A stretch of 63,877 bases of DNA, counting the filler, from Aduncisulcus paluster (Eukaryota), in the NCBI GenBank assembly GCA_024181965.1. It is 16 parts of 16 records of this genome, joined end to end, with 100 filler letters (N's around TTAATTAATTAA, not from the genome) between each part and the next. Parts side by side here need not be neighbours in the genome. Positions count along the whole stretch, not along the records: positions 21,421 to 24,718 come from BQXS01011745.1; positions 24,819 to 37,743 come from BQXS01011746.1; 14 more parts are not named here. One strand, written 5' to 3'. Below, one piece after another: positions 22,807-34,948 of the stretch. The translations under genes were made by a program, and so were the position numbers. Under the pieces are notes generated by a model that had not been told where the DNA came from, made no database searches, and saw nothing but the letters and a program-made list of their open reading frames with translations. Each line of letters opens with the position of its first letter. Within the stretch, counting starts at the first letter, position 1.

Positions 22807-23139
22807 CGTTGGGGCAAAACTGAAAATACTGGCTATGAAGCTAACCACTTAGACCTTTTCAATTGTAAATCATTTTTAATCCGCAATTATTAATTTTCCA
22901 TTAATTTCTAAGTTCAATAAATATATTAATCTTGTAGTTCAAATTCTTTGAAAGAAATCCAATTCTGAGGCGCAATTGATTTTGTGTAAGGATTTTTTTT
23001 GTATTATATTTTTTATAAATTGGATTTAATTAAATATTTTCACATTTCTGTTTATTTTTTTTCATGAATTCGTCGTTATTTTTGTAAAAATACTTATAAA
23101 TATATATCTACAATAGTTAGGCTTCATTACAAGATTTCT

Positions 23140-24153
23140 ATGGATTTGAAAGTCAAAAAAGAACTAATATATTCAGGAATTTCCTTCCTTCCTGTAATAA
23201 CTCTGGCACCAGACAATGAATTCATTCAAATTGATGCTTCTCGTGTAGTTTCGAAAAACTATTCCAGAGATAGGTCTAAAAATGCCAGAGATTTTCTTAA
23301 GAATCAGAAAAATAGTCTTTTGTTTTCCGAATTAACACTCCCCTTCATTGAATCTCAAATGGTTCAATATTTGTTGATTAAGCTCTGTGGAAATGGATAT
23401 AACCCCTCTAAATTTACAATTCAAATCGGAAATGCAGATTCATCCCATGATATCGATGTTACTTTCTCGCGAAAACCAGATAAGTTTTGGCTGATAAAAA
23501 TATCGCTCTTTGACAATTCAATTTCATCTTCAACCCAATGTTCTCCTCTTCCAATTCCTATATCATATATTAAAATCTTCAATGCAAAACGGTGGAAATC
23601 CACAAGATCTAGCATTGCTTTCCATAGTATTCAAGTTGTGGGGGAGAAGAGGATATATCGCATTTCAAGACTTTCCTCAGCGTTCGATCTCGTAACATAC
23701 CTTTCTCGCTGGATAGGTGTGATGTCATTGTGCGAGATTAAGAGACTTGTGTCCCGTATTGGCACGTATATTGGTAAACCGTGTATTGGTGACTCCTCCT
23801 CTTCCTGCCTTTCTACAGGATCTATTGTCAATTCATATCTTCCACCCGATTTAATCCATCCTTTTCTCGCCGCTTTTATATTTTCCTCCCTTGAAGCCCT
23901 TCGTTTTCTTGCCCAACAAGGAATTGTCCCTGTCGATCGATGGTACATTCAGATTGGCCTCCATCCCAAGCGGCAATGGTTCATACTCACTCCAAGTCTG
24001 ACCCTTAAGGATGTTACTTGCTTCATTGGTAACTATATTAGAGATCCTGATATCCTGGGTCATGTTTCAATATCCATGGATAAGTTAGTTGTGCTCAAGT
24101 ATGCTCTTCTTTCAACTCAAACCCAGAGATTATTCGACTCAACGGACTTATAA
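23140..24153 (+). CDS. Hypothetical protein with a divergent copy of the beta-rich family domain
   Basis: DRSKNARDFLK...FSELTLPF...YNPSKFTIQI...FWLIKISL...FHSIQVV parallels family DQSSNAKKMMK...FTHISIPF...PSHLIFTL...WHFLPVDL...ILSLVF. Confidence 0.55.
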   Translation: MDLKVKKELIYSGISFLPVITLAPDNEFIQIDASRVVSKNYSRDRSKNARDFLKNQKNSLLFSELTLPFIESQMVQYLLIKLCGNGYNPSKFTIQIGNADSSHDIDVTFSRKPDKFWLIKISLFDNSISSSTQCSPLPIPISYIKIFNAKRWKSTRSSIAFHSIQVVGEKRIYRISRLSSAFDLVTYLSRWIGVMSLCEIKRLVSRIGTYIGKPCIGDSSSSCLSTGSIVNSYLPPDLIHPFLAAFIFSSLEALRFLAQQGIVPVDRWYIQIGLHPKRQWFILTPSLTLKDVTCFIGNYIRDPDILGHVSISMDKLVVLKYALLSTQTQRLFDSTDL

Positions 24154-24434
24154 TCACATATATGGAAGATAGTTTAATTTATCCAGAATATATCCTTATT
24201 TTTGATGTGTATCTTTGGTAAAATTTTGAGGATGTTTAAAAATGGATACAATTCCATTTATTTTTCAATTTCATTCGATTATTAAAATTATATCTATTAA
24301 ATATTATCTCATTCCATTCGATATTCATCCAGAAATGTCCCCTGGCACTGGCATTCCATGAGACATGATCCTCCCCAAAAATAATAATTGGGGACATCTA
24401 TTCCTCTTCTCAAACTGCCAATTTTCCTGTCATA

Positions 24435-24718
24435 ATGTCACTCAAAAGTCCCTGTTGTGGATTAATTTTGTGTCTCCCCCCCTTTGGAATTCTAGGACTT
24501 CAGAGGTTTTATGTTGGAGATTTCTGTATGGGTATTCTATACTTCTGCACTCTGGGTTTCTTTGGGATTGGATGGATCATTGATCTCTGCATTATCCCTG
24601 GCAAAATCAGAGAGATGAACGCATTGCTAACACAACCCAAGACTGTCATTCATCAGACAGCTTACCAAGGCACTTCTGCTCCTGTTGCTAGTGATCCTCT
24701 CCTTGCTCAATTTGTCCA
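24435..24718 (+). CDS. TM2-domain membrane protein (3'-truncated)
   Basis: LCLPPFGILGLQRFYVGDFCMGILYFCTLGFFGIGWIIDLCII matches the TM2 consensus. Confidence 0.85.
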
Positions 24719-26329
24719 NNNNNNNNNNNNNNNNNNNNNNNNNNNNNNNNNNNNNNNNNNNNTTAATTAATTAANNNNNNNNNNNNNNNNNNNNNNNNNN
24801 NNNNNNNNNNNNNNNNNNTATTATTTTAGTTATGAGCGAATATAGATTAATTCAAATATATTTAATGTAGGTTTATGATATTAAAGCTCCAAGAATTACT
24901 GCAATGGGTAATATATGTTTGACTTCTTCAGTTTGGGGTGGTTTTGAGTGACAAGACATAGTTTATTTGCTCATAGCCGTGATATTGGAATTATTATTGT
25001 CTAAAATACTTATTTTGTTGGGTTAGTGGACATAAACCTCGTTTTATAGTTGCTCAGAGTTTGAACAGTTTCACTCGCCTGATGATCTTGCTTTTTTTTC
25101 CTTTTTTTGCAGCAAACAAAATTTTACCAGCAAGATTTTTGTCATAATTCCAATTAGAAATGATTATTATGACATATTCTCCTCATTCTCTTGGATATTA
25201 ATAACTAGTGAGATATAGTTTTCGATCCACAAAATTGATCCCAGATTTTATTTTTATATTCGGTTGACAGCAAGGCGTTGTTGCTTGATTTACTTTTTTT
25301 GTTATTCGTCTGGCTAATCAATTGGGAATCGTTCGTCCATGAGAAAAACAAATTCTTTCTTTTTATTTCGCCATTATTTTCGTTATTATTTTTGAAGGTT
25401 GACCGTACCGCAAGCAGAACGTGTTTCTTTTTCTATGAAAGATGAGATATCTAATCTGTATTTTGTAGAATTAAAACATTGAGTTGAGTGAATGATCAGT
25501 CATCGTTTTTTGTTCGTAGCTCGTGTGAGGTTTTTGTTCTTTTTGAATGAGTCCTTATTTTATATTTTGAGATATCTTTCTTTTGAAATATAGGTTAGTT
25601 CTTTTGATTCAATTCATTATATTTTTGAGTTTGAGTTTTGATCAGTCATTTCGTTATTATAGGTTTATTTCGTTCTTCTTATTTCTATTTTGATTTCGTT
25701 TAGGTATTGTCTATGTTATTCCGATTGGTTGACATATTATTTCTTTTTGATTATTATCGTTTGATTTCGCTTTTTATCTTTTCTCGTTATTTTTTATTTC
25801 GTTTTTCTTTCTTTTATCTCGTCGAACATGACCATCACAATTGCTTTTTTTGACAATTGATGATAATGGTCATTCTTTGTCATTTTGAGACTGGTTTCGG
25901 CTCGTTTATTCTGATCTGGTTTCATTATTTAGTTATTTTGAAAATTTATTATTTAACCGACTATTCTTTTGATTGTTTTTGTCAATATCTCATTTTCAAA
26001 AGAATGAGGGAAGAAAAGAATATTGTATTGGTAAAAGTTTGTTGTCACTTAACTTATATTATGCTTCACAAACCATAGAAATGTGTCTTGAGTTGATAGG
26101 AATTCGGTTGTTGAAATCATTGAATTTCCATCAATTTTAACGTGTTGGATAAAGAAATCACTTAAATAGTGTGATGCATAGTAAAATAATTATTAATTAT
26201 GGAGGAAATCTGCAATGAGAAAACAGGTGAAATGCCTCTTTTGGATGTTCTTGATAATTTGAAATGGAAAAGATCGTGTGCAATTGCAAAAATAGTCGAA
26301 ATTATTCAGAATTTGAAGAAGATGTGCAG

Positions 26330-26963
26330 AACTCGAAAATTTAACATTTTTATTCACCAAGGAATCTGATGTCTCTCTTTTTGATTGAACTTCTGACTTT
26401 CCCATCGCGAACAACTTCCCAGAAAGTAGTTGTCATATCAGCTCCAGGGTTAAGTTTAGCAACAAACCGTCTATCGTGAGTGATCACAATTAATTGTTCA
26501 CCGGTTTTGGCTTTGTCCTGAGCGATTTTCCTCAGAGCCTCAGCCAATTTCTCGACATGATGGAAGTCAAGATGTGCTGATGGCTCGTCGAGCGCCAAAA
26601 ACTTGTATGAAGCCTGTCCAGACGAAGCCATTAGTCNNNNNNNNNNNNNNNNNNNNAACTCGAAAATTTAACATTTTTATTCACCAAGGAATCTGATGTC
26701 TCTCTTTTTGATTGAACTTCTGACTTTCCCATCGCGAACAACTTCCCAGAAAGTAGTTGTCATATCAGCTCCAGGGTTAAGTTTAGCAACAAACCGTCTA
26801 TCGTGAGTGATCACAATTAATTGTTCACCGGTTTTGGCTTTGTCCTGAGCGATTTTCCTCAGAGCCTCAGCCAATTTCTCGACATGATGGAAGTCAAGAT
26901 GTGCTGATGGCTCGTCGAGCGCCAAAAACTTGTATGAAGCCTGTCCAGACGAAGCCATTAGTC
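26330..26963. repeat. Gap-flanking duplication of the RAD50 3' end (assembly artefact)
   Basis: 26330-26636 is repeated at 26657-26963 across a 20-N gap. A second duplication (offset 239) flanks the gap at 27555-27574. Confidence 0.9.
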
Positions 26964-29900
26964 CCAGAAGAGCCAGTCTCACAATGATTGAAGCCAGAGT
27001 CATCTGTCCAGTTGAACATCTCCCTCTCATGACAACAGGGCGATCGTCACTTTCACCATGCTTCATATGAAGAGCATATTCAACATTCTTGGAGGTGGAA
27101 CGGGACTTCTTGGCAATGAATTCAAGTCCAGTTATATCTTTTCCACCATAGGTTGACCTCCACAATTCACACATTCGTTGGTTGAGTTCCTTTAGTTTGT
27201 GCGTATGAAACGCTTTGAGAGCCCTATCAACACAGATTTGAAGACGTTTCATGTCTTCAGTTTCGGCTTTGATCACACAAAGACGCTGTTCGGTTTGTTT
27301 AAGCTCAGCTTTCACTTCAGATCTCTGCGCTTCACGTTTTTCAATCTCATCTTTGGCCTTTCGAAGCCCAGAAAGCTCAGTATCGACACGAACCACAGCA
27401 TTACCGATGTATTTCAGTCGCTCATCCATGGTCTGAACACATTTCTCCATTTCATCCAGCAATAACTGTTGGAGATCATTCCCTCGCAATCCAGTTCCCT
27501 TTCTGGGGACTCGATACCTTGGAATAGCCTCCACTCTAAAAAAGGCAGAGAGATNNNNNNNNNNNNNNNNNNNNGTTTTTCAATCTCATCTTTGGCCTTT
27601 CGAAGCCCAGAAAGCTCAGTATCGACACGAACCACAGCATTACCGATGTATTTCAGTCGCTCATCCATGGTCTGAACACATTTCTCCATTTCATCCAGCA
27701 ATAACTGTTGGAGATCATTCCCTCGCAATCCAGTTCCCTTTCTGGGGACTCGATACCTTGGAATAGCCTCCACTCTAAAAAAGGCAGAGACATGATCTAT
27801 TTCCATCTCTTCCTCATCGGTGCGAGAATCTATAATGTCAGATGACGATTGAGAGGAGAATTCATTAACCGAAGAAGATGAGGAAGACGAGGAAGAAGAA
27901 GAAATTGAAACCGATCTTCCTCCTCTTCCTCTCCCTCTCCCTCTTCCTCTCCTTGTACTCCCTCTCCCTCTTGTATTCTCCTCTTCAAAGCTAGATGAAT
28001 CCTCTTCATCCTCTCCACCATCATGGATAGGAACATACTCGGTCTCGTCAATATCAGCGTAGTCAACATCCTCAAATCCATCCTCATCCTGGCCTTCAAT
28101 ACCAGGTTGATCACAAGGTCTTCCATGATATGAGTCCACTTCTCTCTCTCTTTCTCTCATAAACGAATAATCCTTTTCTCTTTCAAGAATGGCTTCTCTC
28201 CTACGAATCTGACGCTGTTTCCGCTGTTCATCTCGTATTTCCTCCCGTGTGAAAACATTCAACTCTTTACGAACATTGTCAATCCAGCATGATTCCCACA
28301 ATTGGACATCTTTGATCATTTGCTTAAAATTACTAGAAATTAATCGTTTAAATGTCTTCTTCTTCTCTCCATCCTCAACTTCCTCTTTTTCAGACTTCAG
28401 AATCACAATTAATTGTTCACTCATGTCTTTTTCAAGTTCCAACGACTTCATTTTGACCCTCATTTCACCATCTTTCTTCTCATAAGCTTCAAGAACAACT
28501 GTCAATTCTGCTATTTTTCTATCAAAAATGGTCTCATCAACACATGAAAAGGAAGAAGAGGAAGAGGAAGAGGAAGAGGAAGAGGAAGAGGAAGAAGAAG
28601 AGGAAGAAGAAAAGGAAGAAGAGGAGGAAGCTGTGATGTGCTTGAGAAAACTCTTCTCCTTTGACTCGATTGTCCTTACAATATCATTCAATCCCTTAAC
28701 CAAAGAATGCTCTTCCCTTGTAAGATCCTCGATAATTTCCACAAGAGCCTTGAAACTTTCGTGAGCTTTCAATTGGACAGACATTTCATCGAAAAGAGCT
28801 TCTAAACTCTTCTTTTTATCCATTAATAATGCAATTTCTTGCGTTAATTGTTGAATATTCTCTTTTTCCACTGATAAATCCTTAACAATATGTCTTCTTT
28901 CACCGAATGACTCCACAATTAATGATTTTTGAGTGAATTCTTCTTCCATATTCTCAATTTCAAGTGTTAATTCCCTATCTTTGCTCTTGGCTTCGCGTAG
29001 ATTCTTCCTAGTCTCCTCCATAGCAAGTCTAACCTTGGAATTCTCAGCATTAAACAAGGGGAACGAAAGAACTGGGCCTGCCCTTTGAGTAATCGTTGAA
29101 GAGGAAGAAGAAGAAGAAGAGGAAGAAGAGGTTGGGGATTGATGTTGTGGTAGTGGGCGAGATAGATATGGTGAGGGCTGTGCAATGGGCTGTATGACAG
29201 GTTCAAAGTCAATATCGACTATCGACACCTCTGTGTCCGTCATCTCTTCCTCTTCCTTGCCATTCCCTTGTCCTGAATCCTTCCCACTCTCAGCATCAGA
29301 CCCAGCCTTACTACTGTTCCTTTGTACTTGGATACGTTCACCCTTGACATGTTGGAATGTAGTTACAAAAGATGGAGAAGAAGAGGAAGAAGAGGAAGCA
29401 GAAGAAATGTTTTGCACGTGTAACATATTGAATGCTTCACAATCCTGTTTCAGGAGAGATATGAAATGACTCTCAAAAGCAAAACCGAATGAGGAAGAAG
29501 AGGAGGAAGAAGAAGAAGAGAAGAAGTGTGGCATGATAATCTCAATCTCTTCTTTCAAGAGAATGGGAGCTAATTTATCCATATTACGAGGGAAAGTATC
29601 AAGAATGTATTTCTCAACATCAGTAACAGAACTTCCCTTAGACCTATACAAATCCAGTAATTTCTCATTTTCAATCTTTGAGGATTCCATTTCAGCAATA
29701 TGTTTCTCATATTCTTGAATAGCTCTTTGACTCAATTCTATTTTTAGTTCTAAAATAGTAATACTTTTGTTATCTCTTCTCTTTTCCAAGGCAACTTTTT
29801 TCTCGCTTGCTTCGGATATGCTTTTCAAACATTCCTTCTTTGCTCGTAAATCGTGAACAAACGAATGCTGACACAATGGACACTTATGTAAATGACCTCG

Positions 29901-32555
29901 ATCAACTGTTAACTGGGCAAAAGCCGAGTGCATGTGAATATCTCTCTCAAACTGACGATTGCTAGATTCCATATCATCCAATCTTCCCTTCAGAATCTCA
30001 ACAGAATGGACATGTTGTTGCTGAGGGGTTATCATCGAAGTGGAAGAAGAAGAGGAAGAAGAAGAAGAGGAGGAGGAATGCTGGTCAAGAGAATCAAGAT
30101 GGAGAGCTATCTTTTTAGCCTTGAGTTCACGCAAAAGGTTGGAATGGATTTTCTCCTCTCTTTTGAGTTCAATTCTCAACTCGTTTATATCAGAACGATT
30201 TGCTTCAATGTGCTTTGCATATAGATTACAGTGAGTTGCTATTGATTTGTTATATACATTTAATGCTCTCCCAATCGTCTGAAGAGTATTTTGAATCGAT
30301 ATTTTGGCAGCATTCCATGATGAATTATTATTGACATGCCCAAGCAAACGATCGAACGCATCAGACAATGTTCCCACGTCTGTCAATATTTCGTTGTCAA
30401 GTTTAATCGGAATATATGGCTGAGACTGTTGAGTTGTCGGAATGTCAGTAGAGCCTCTATATTTATATACTGGACAATCAGACAAATCAAACCCATTAAT
30501 CCTCTCTCGGAATATTTCATCAATGTTTCGTTTAAGTTTGTTACAATTCTTTTTCAACTTATCAACCACAGACGATTGTTTGGTCCAACGATCACAAAGC
30601 TTCAAGGAACAAGATAAACACCTATCGAGAGCATCGACTCGTATTCTCTGTTTCCTTTCTTGCTCTGAAAGCTGTTCAACGGTGGCATTCGTAGATTTCC
30701 GCTTGTGTTTCAACTCATTAAGTTCTTTCTTGATGGCATCCCTGGCAGCAACGCAGGTGCTCTCATCAATAAAGCTGTCCGAAGAGCAAGAAGAAGGGGA
30801 ATGTGCTTTGATCTCCTCCAGTTGTTGTTCAAGCTCTTCATGATGTGCTTGTGCATCTTCAAGCTGTTTTCGATTCACCTTGAGTTCTGCGAGAGCGGTG
30901 TTGAGGTTCGATGACCTTAAAGTCAGTTCTGAAGAGAGAGAGTCACGATGAGACCTGTAATACATCATTAACGTACTCCGAATATGCTCCAATGCATCAA
31001 GCAAGTATTTGAGTGAAGAGTACAATTCTGGAGAAAGACACTGTTTACATTCCTTCATAATGGCTGAATAAGAAGAGGAAGAAGAGGAAGAAGAGGAAGA
31101 AGAGGAAGAAGAGGAAGAAGAGGAAGAAGAGGAAGATATTCCATCCTCTCTCAGTGAGATATCACTGTTGGATCCAGCCTCATAACTGCTCAGATCTCTA
31201 ATTCTCTTTGACATATCACGAACTCTGTCCAAATATTGTTGATATTTGTCCCAAGACCGACAAAACTTACGAAATTCACCAGAATCTTCTTCAAACACTT
31301 TCATACTTTCATTGTTAAGCCAAAACTGTAACGATGACATGTCGGAAGACTTCATATCTCGAGAATATGCAGACAACTTTTGATCTATAACATTAGATAA
31401 ATTGACAACACCATTGGAAAACCCTTTTTGCCTATCAGCGATATCTTCTTTCAATTCTTCAATCTGACTCCGAAGAGTTTCATACTTGTCCTTCTCAGTT
31501 TGAGAACGTTTCCTATCCGACTCAATGGTACTCAAATTAGATAACAACGTTTTAATATCACCATCAATGACACAAATATGATCCTTAAGATCAGAATCTG
31601 ATCTATATTTAGAACTAACTTGATCATAGAGTACAGAATCCTTTTTATACAAAGAATCGAGAATCTCTTGTTTAAATGTCTTTCTACCTTCCATTTTCCT
31701 TTTAAGCTCATTGTATTGAGCGTTATTCTCAACTACATCTTTCTGAAGTATCCGAAGATCACTCATTCTTTTTGTATCATGTTTTTGAAGAGTTTGAAGA
31801 ACTGACAAGTCTCGACCTTTCATAGCTATTCTTTTCTCTGTGTTCCCGAGATCCTCGTCAAAAGTCAGCCTCTTCAAACTGCCTTTCATTGCTTCAACTT
31901 GAGCCTTGCAAGATATTTCATCAGTACCGAGAGATTTGACGACTTCTCCAAGGTTTTTATAGACTTTTTGATACTCTGTGAGTTTGAATATCATATCAAA
32001 CACATCTTGAACCTTACTTCCTGAGTCAAACATCCAAAAAGCATTCTCTTTCTGGCACAAAACGACATATTCAAGTATGGATACATCATCCTTGTTAACC
32101 TCCATTTGATACACCTCTCCGTCACGTGTATGCCTTGCCTTGAGTGTCGGTGAAGGTTTAGAAGTAGAATACATGCCTTCATGGATTATATGATACGAAT
32201 AAAGAGGGAGAGCCATACACAAATCAAGACGGAATCGATTACTAGAATTGGAACAAAATTTAAGATCATGAAACAATGATTTCCGGTCCAGACTGGATTT
32301 AGGTTTTTTGGAGGTCAATGAGAAGAAAATACCCTCAAGGATAGACTAATGGTGGAAAAAAAATTTTGTATCACAAGGATAAGCAAACATAACAATGACA
32401 AAATAAACAAATATAACACTCATGAAACATACAGTTTTTCCAGATCCATTCACTCCTTGGATGATAGTTAAGGGTTTTGAAAACTCAATAGTTTGAGGAT
32501 GATCTGGAGCATAAGATCGTATTCCTTGGAGAGAAAGTGACTCTAATGTAGCCAT
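26677..32555 (-). CDS. RAD50: DNA repair ATPase Rad50 (2 exons, ~1850 aa)
   Basis: Exon 1 (32555-32433) has LQGIRSY and Walker A GVNGSGKT. An 87-nt GTATGT...TAG intron (32432-32346) resumes SILEGIFFSLT. Zinc hook KCPLCQHSF, signature MRGRCSTGQ, Walker B/D-loop LALDEPSAHLD, H-loop IVITHD. Confidence 0.93.
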
Positions 32556-32907
32556 AAATATTAATTATAATACTTCAAATTTATAATTAAAAGTATATTG
32601 CGAGGAAATGGAGTTTTCTTTGTTACATCAAAACTCTTTTTATGCATCCTTGAATAACAAAGCATTCGAGTTGTTCTCATTATCATTTATACTCCTTGAA
32701 ACAAACAAAATGACTTTCATAATACGCCCTTTTGTTATCTTCCACCAAGCAAATTCGAACTGTGTTTTTCTTATGATCCACTAATCTTACCAGACTATGA
32801 ATATGTAATTTCTATTTTATATCTTTGGTAAATAATTTTTCCCACTACCATATGTGATTATCAAACATATCAAAATCTTTTGATTGATCTCATCGTTTTG
32901 GTTCAAA

Positions 32908-34501
32908 ATGGAGGAGAAAAGGAATATTAGTGTATTAATTGTTGGTATGGCTGGCAGTGGAAAAACTCATGTCGTTCAGAGATTTCTTTCTCACCTAAGT
33001 ATGAAAAAGAAAGATTTTTATTCTTTTAATCTTGATCCTGCATGTATTACGACGCCATATAGATGTGATGTTGACATTAGAGATACCATTAAATATAAAG
33101 AAGTGATGAAAGACTATGGTCTTGGTCCTAATGGTGGAATAATGACGAGTCTAAATTTATTTGCCACTAAGTTCTCAGACCTTTTCGAAATTGTTGAAGA
33201 ACAGTCTAAAATAACCGATTATATTGTTTGTGATACCCCTGGACAAATTGAAATATTTACTTGGTCTGCTTCTGGAACCTTGATAAGTCAAACATTTTCT
33301 GCGGCTACCCCTACTTGCATTGTCTATGTTCTTGATGTAACTAGGGTTTGTGACCCTAATACATTTGTTTCTAACCTTCTTTATGCGTGTTCTATTCTTT
33401 TCCGCTTCAGGCTTCCAATGATTTTAGCCGTGAACAAATCTGATCTCAAAGACCCCTCCTTTGTGATGGATTGGCTCTCAGATGTGACCGTATTGCTTGA
33501 TAAAATCAGTGAAGACTCCTCATATCTCGCTTCATTATCACGTTCTCTTGGCCTCATGCTTGATGAGCTCTATGAGTATTTTATCACTCGCACTGTCAAT
33601 ATCAGTGCCGTGACAGGTGCAGGAATGGATGAATTACTTGAAATGCTGGAGAAAGCCAAAGAGGAATATACCGAACTGGAAAAAGAAAAAATCAAAGAAA
33701 GGGGAGCTGTCGAAATGGATAAATTTGAGGCCGATAAGGCCAAAGAGGAAGGTAAGAAAGAGGAAGAAGATGATCGAGAAGATGATATTGTTGGTGGCCA
33801 ATCAATATCACACATACTTGGAAAAGGAGAGAAAGAAGAGGAAGATAGAAAGGAGTGTCACTGTGAATGTCCATGCCCTTGTTCACATTCTTGTTCATGC
33901 TCACATATTCATGAGAAGAAAGAGGTTGTTGAAGAGAAAGAGAAAGATATTTTGGGTGATGGATTGGCTCTCAGATGTGACCGTATTGCTTGATAAAATC
34001 AGTGAAGACTCCTCATATCTCGCTTCATTATCACGTTCTCTTGGCCTCATGCTTGATGAGCTCTATGAGTATTTTATCACTCGCACTGTCAATATCAGTG
34101 CCGTGACAGGTGCAGGAATGGATGAATTACTTGAAATGCTGGAGAAAGCCAAAGAGGAATATACCGAACTGGAAAAAGAAAAAATCAAAGAAAGGGGAGC
34201 TGTCGAAATGGATAAATTTGAGGCCGATAAGGCCAAAGAGGAAGGTAAGAAAGAGGAAGAAGATGATCGAGAAGATGATATTGTTGGTGGCCAATCAATA
34301 TCACACATACTTGGAAAAGGAGAGAAAGAAGAGGAAGATAGAAAGGAGTGTCACTGTGAATGTCCATGCCCTTGTTCACATTCTTGTTCATGCTCACATA
34401 TTCATGAGAAGAAAGAGGTTGTTGAAGAGAAAGAGAAAGATATTTTGGGTGATGGATCGGATATCTCTTTCGCCCCACCTCCAAAGAGAGACCAAGAATA
34501 A
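32908..34501 (+). CDS. GPN1: GPN-loop GTPase 1 (XAB1/Npa3) with a 493-bp duplicated 3' part
   Basis: GMAGSGKT, NLDPA, DIRDTIKYKEVMKDYGLGPNGGIMTSLNLFATKF, DTPGQIEIFTWSASG and NKSD. Removing one copy of the duplication gives a single ORF ending ...SFAPPPKRDQE. Confidence 0.93.
33463..34457 (+). repeat. 493-bp tandem duplication in GPN1
   Basis: Sequence starting GTGATGGATTGGCTC at 33463 recurs at 33956; junction microhomology GTGATGGAT. Confidence 0.9.
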
Positions 34502-34948
34502 TAATGCTACTATATCATGAAAGAATATGGCGACGAGAAAGAAAATGAAGTTGTGATATTCATTTCAATTGAGAAAAAAACAGATATCTTAAACTAAAGT
34601 GTTGGCCACCTAGGTGATGAAAATTTCACCCATATCGGGTCGTAATTGACATATATTAAGGGTTCAATTGACATTCTGAAAGAAATTTACAAAATTTGCT
34701 TGTCATTTTGATGAGATATCAAGATGATCTTCGTTTCTAGCTCTTCTCATTTTCTCCATCCAAATAAAAAAATATTTTTTAATTATATTCAATTGTTGTG
34801 TTCCTTAGATGCCTTATTTTGTTCATATAACGTTTGGAACATTGAATATCGCAAAATATCATTCTTCTGTTTGTTATAAACTTTTTAACAGTTATTTTTC
34901 TCCTAATTTATAAATTATTCTTAAGTATCAATTCAATTATTTCTCTAA

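Noticed and set aside
24819..26100. Alternative genetic code (TAR=Gln) hiding an ORF
   Set aside because: Conserved genes here end in TAA/TAG at expected positions, including RAD50 on the same scaffold, and read-through gives nothing protein-like.
26350..26631. Second small Rad50 C-terminal gene
   Set aside because: Exact copy flanking a 20-N gap; scaffolding overlap artefact.
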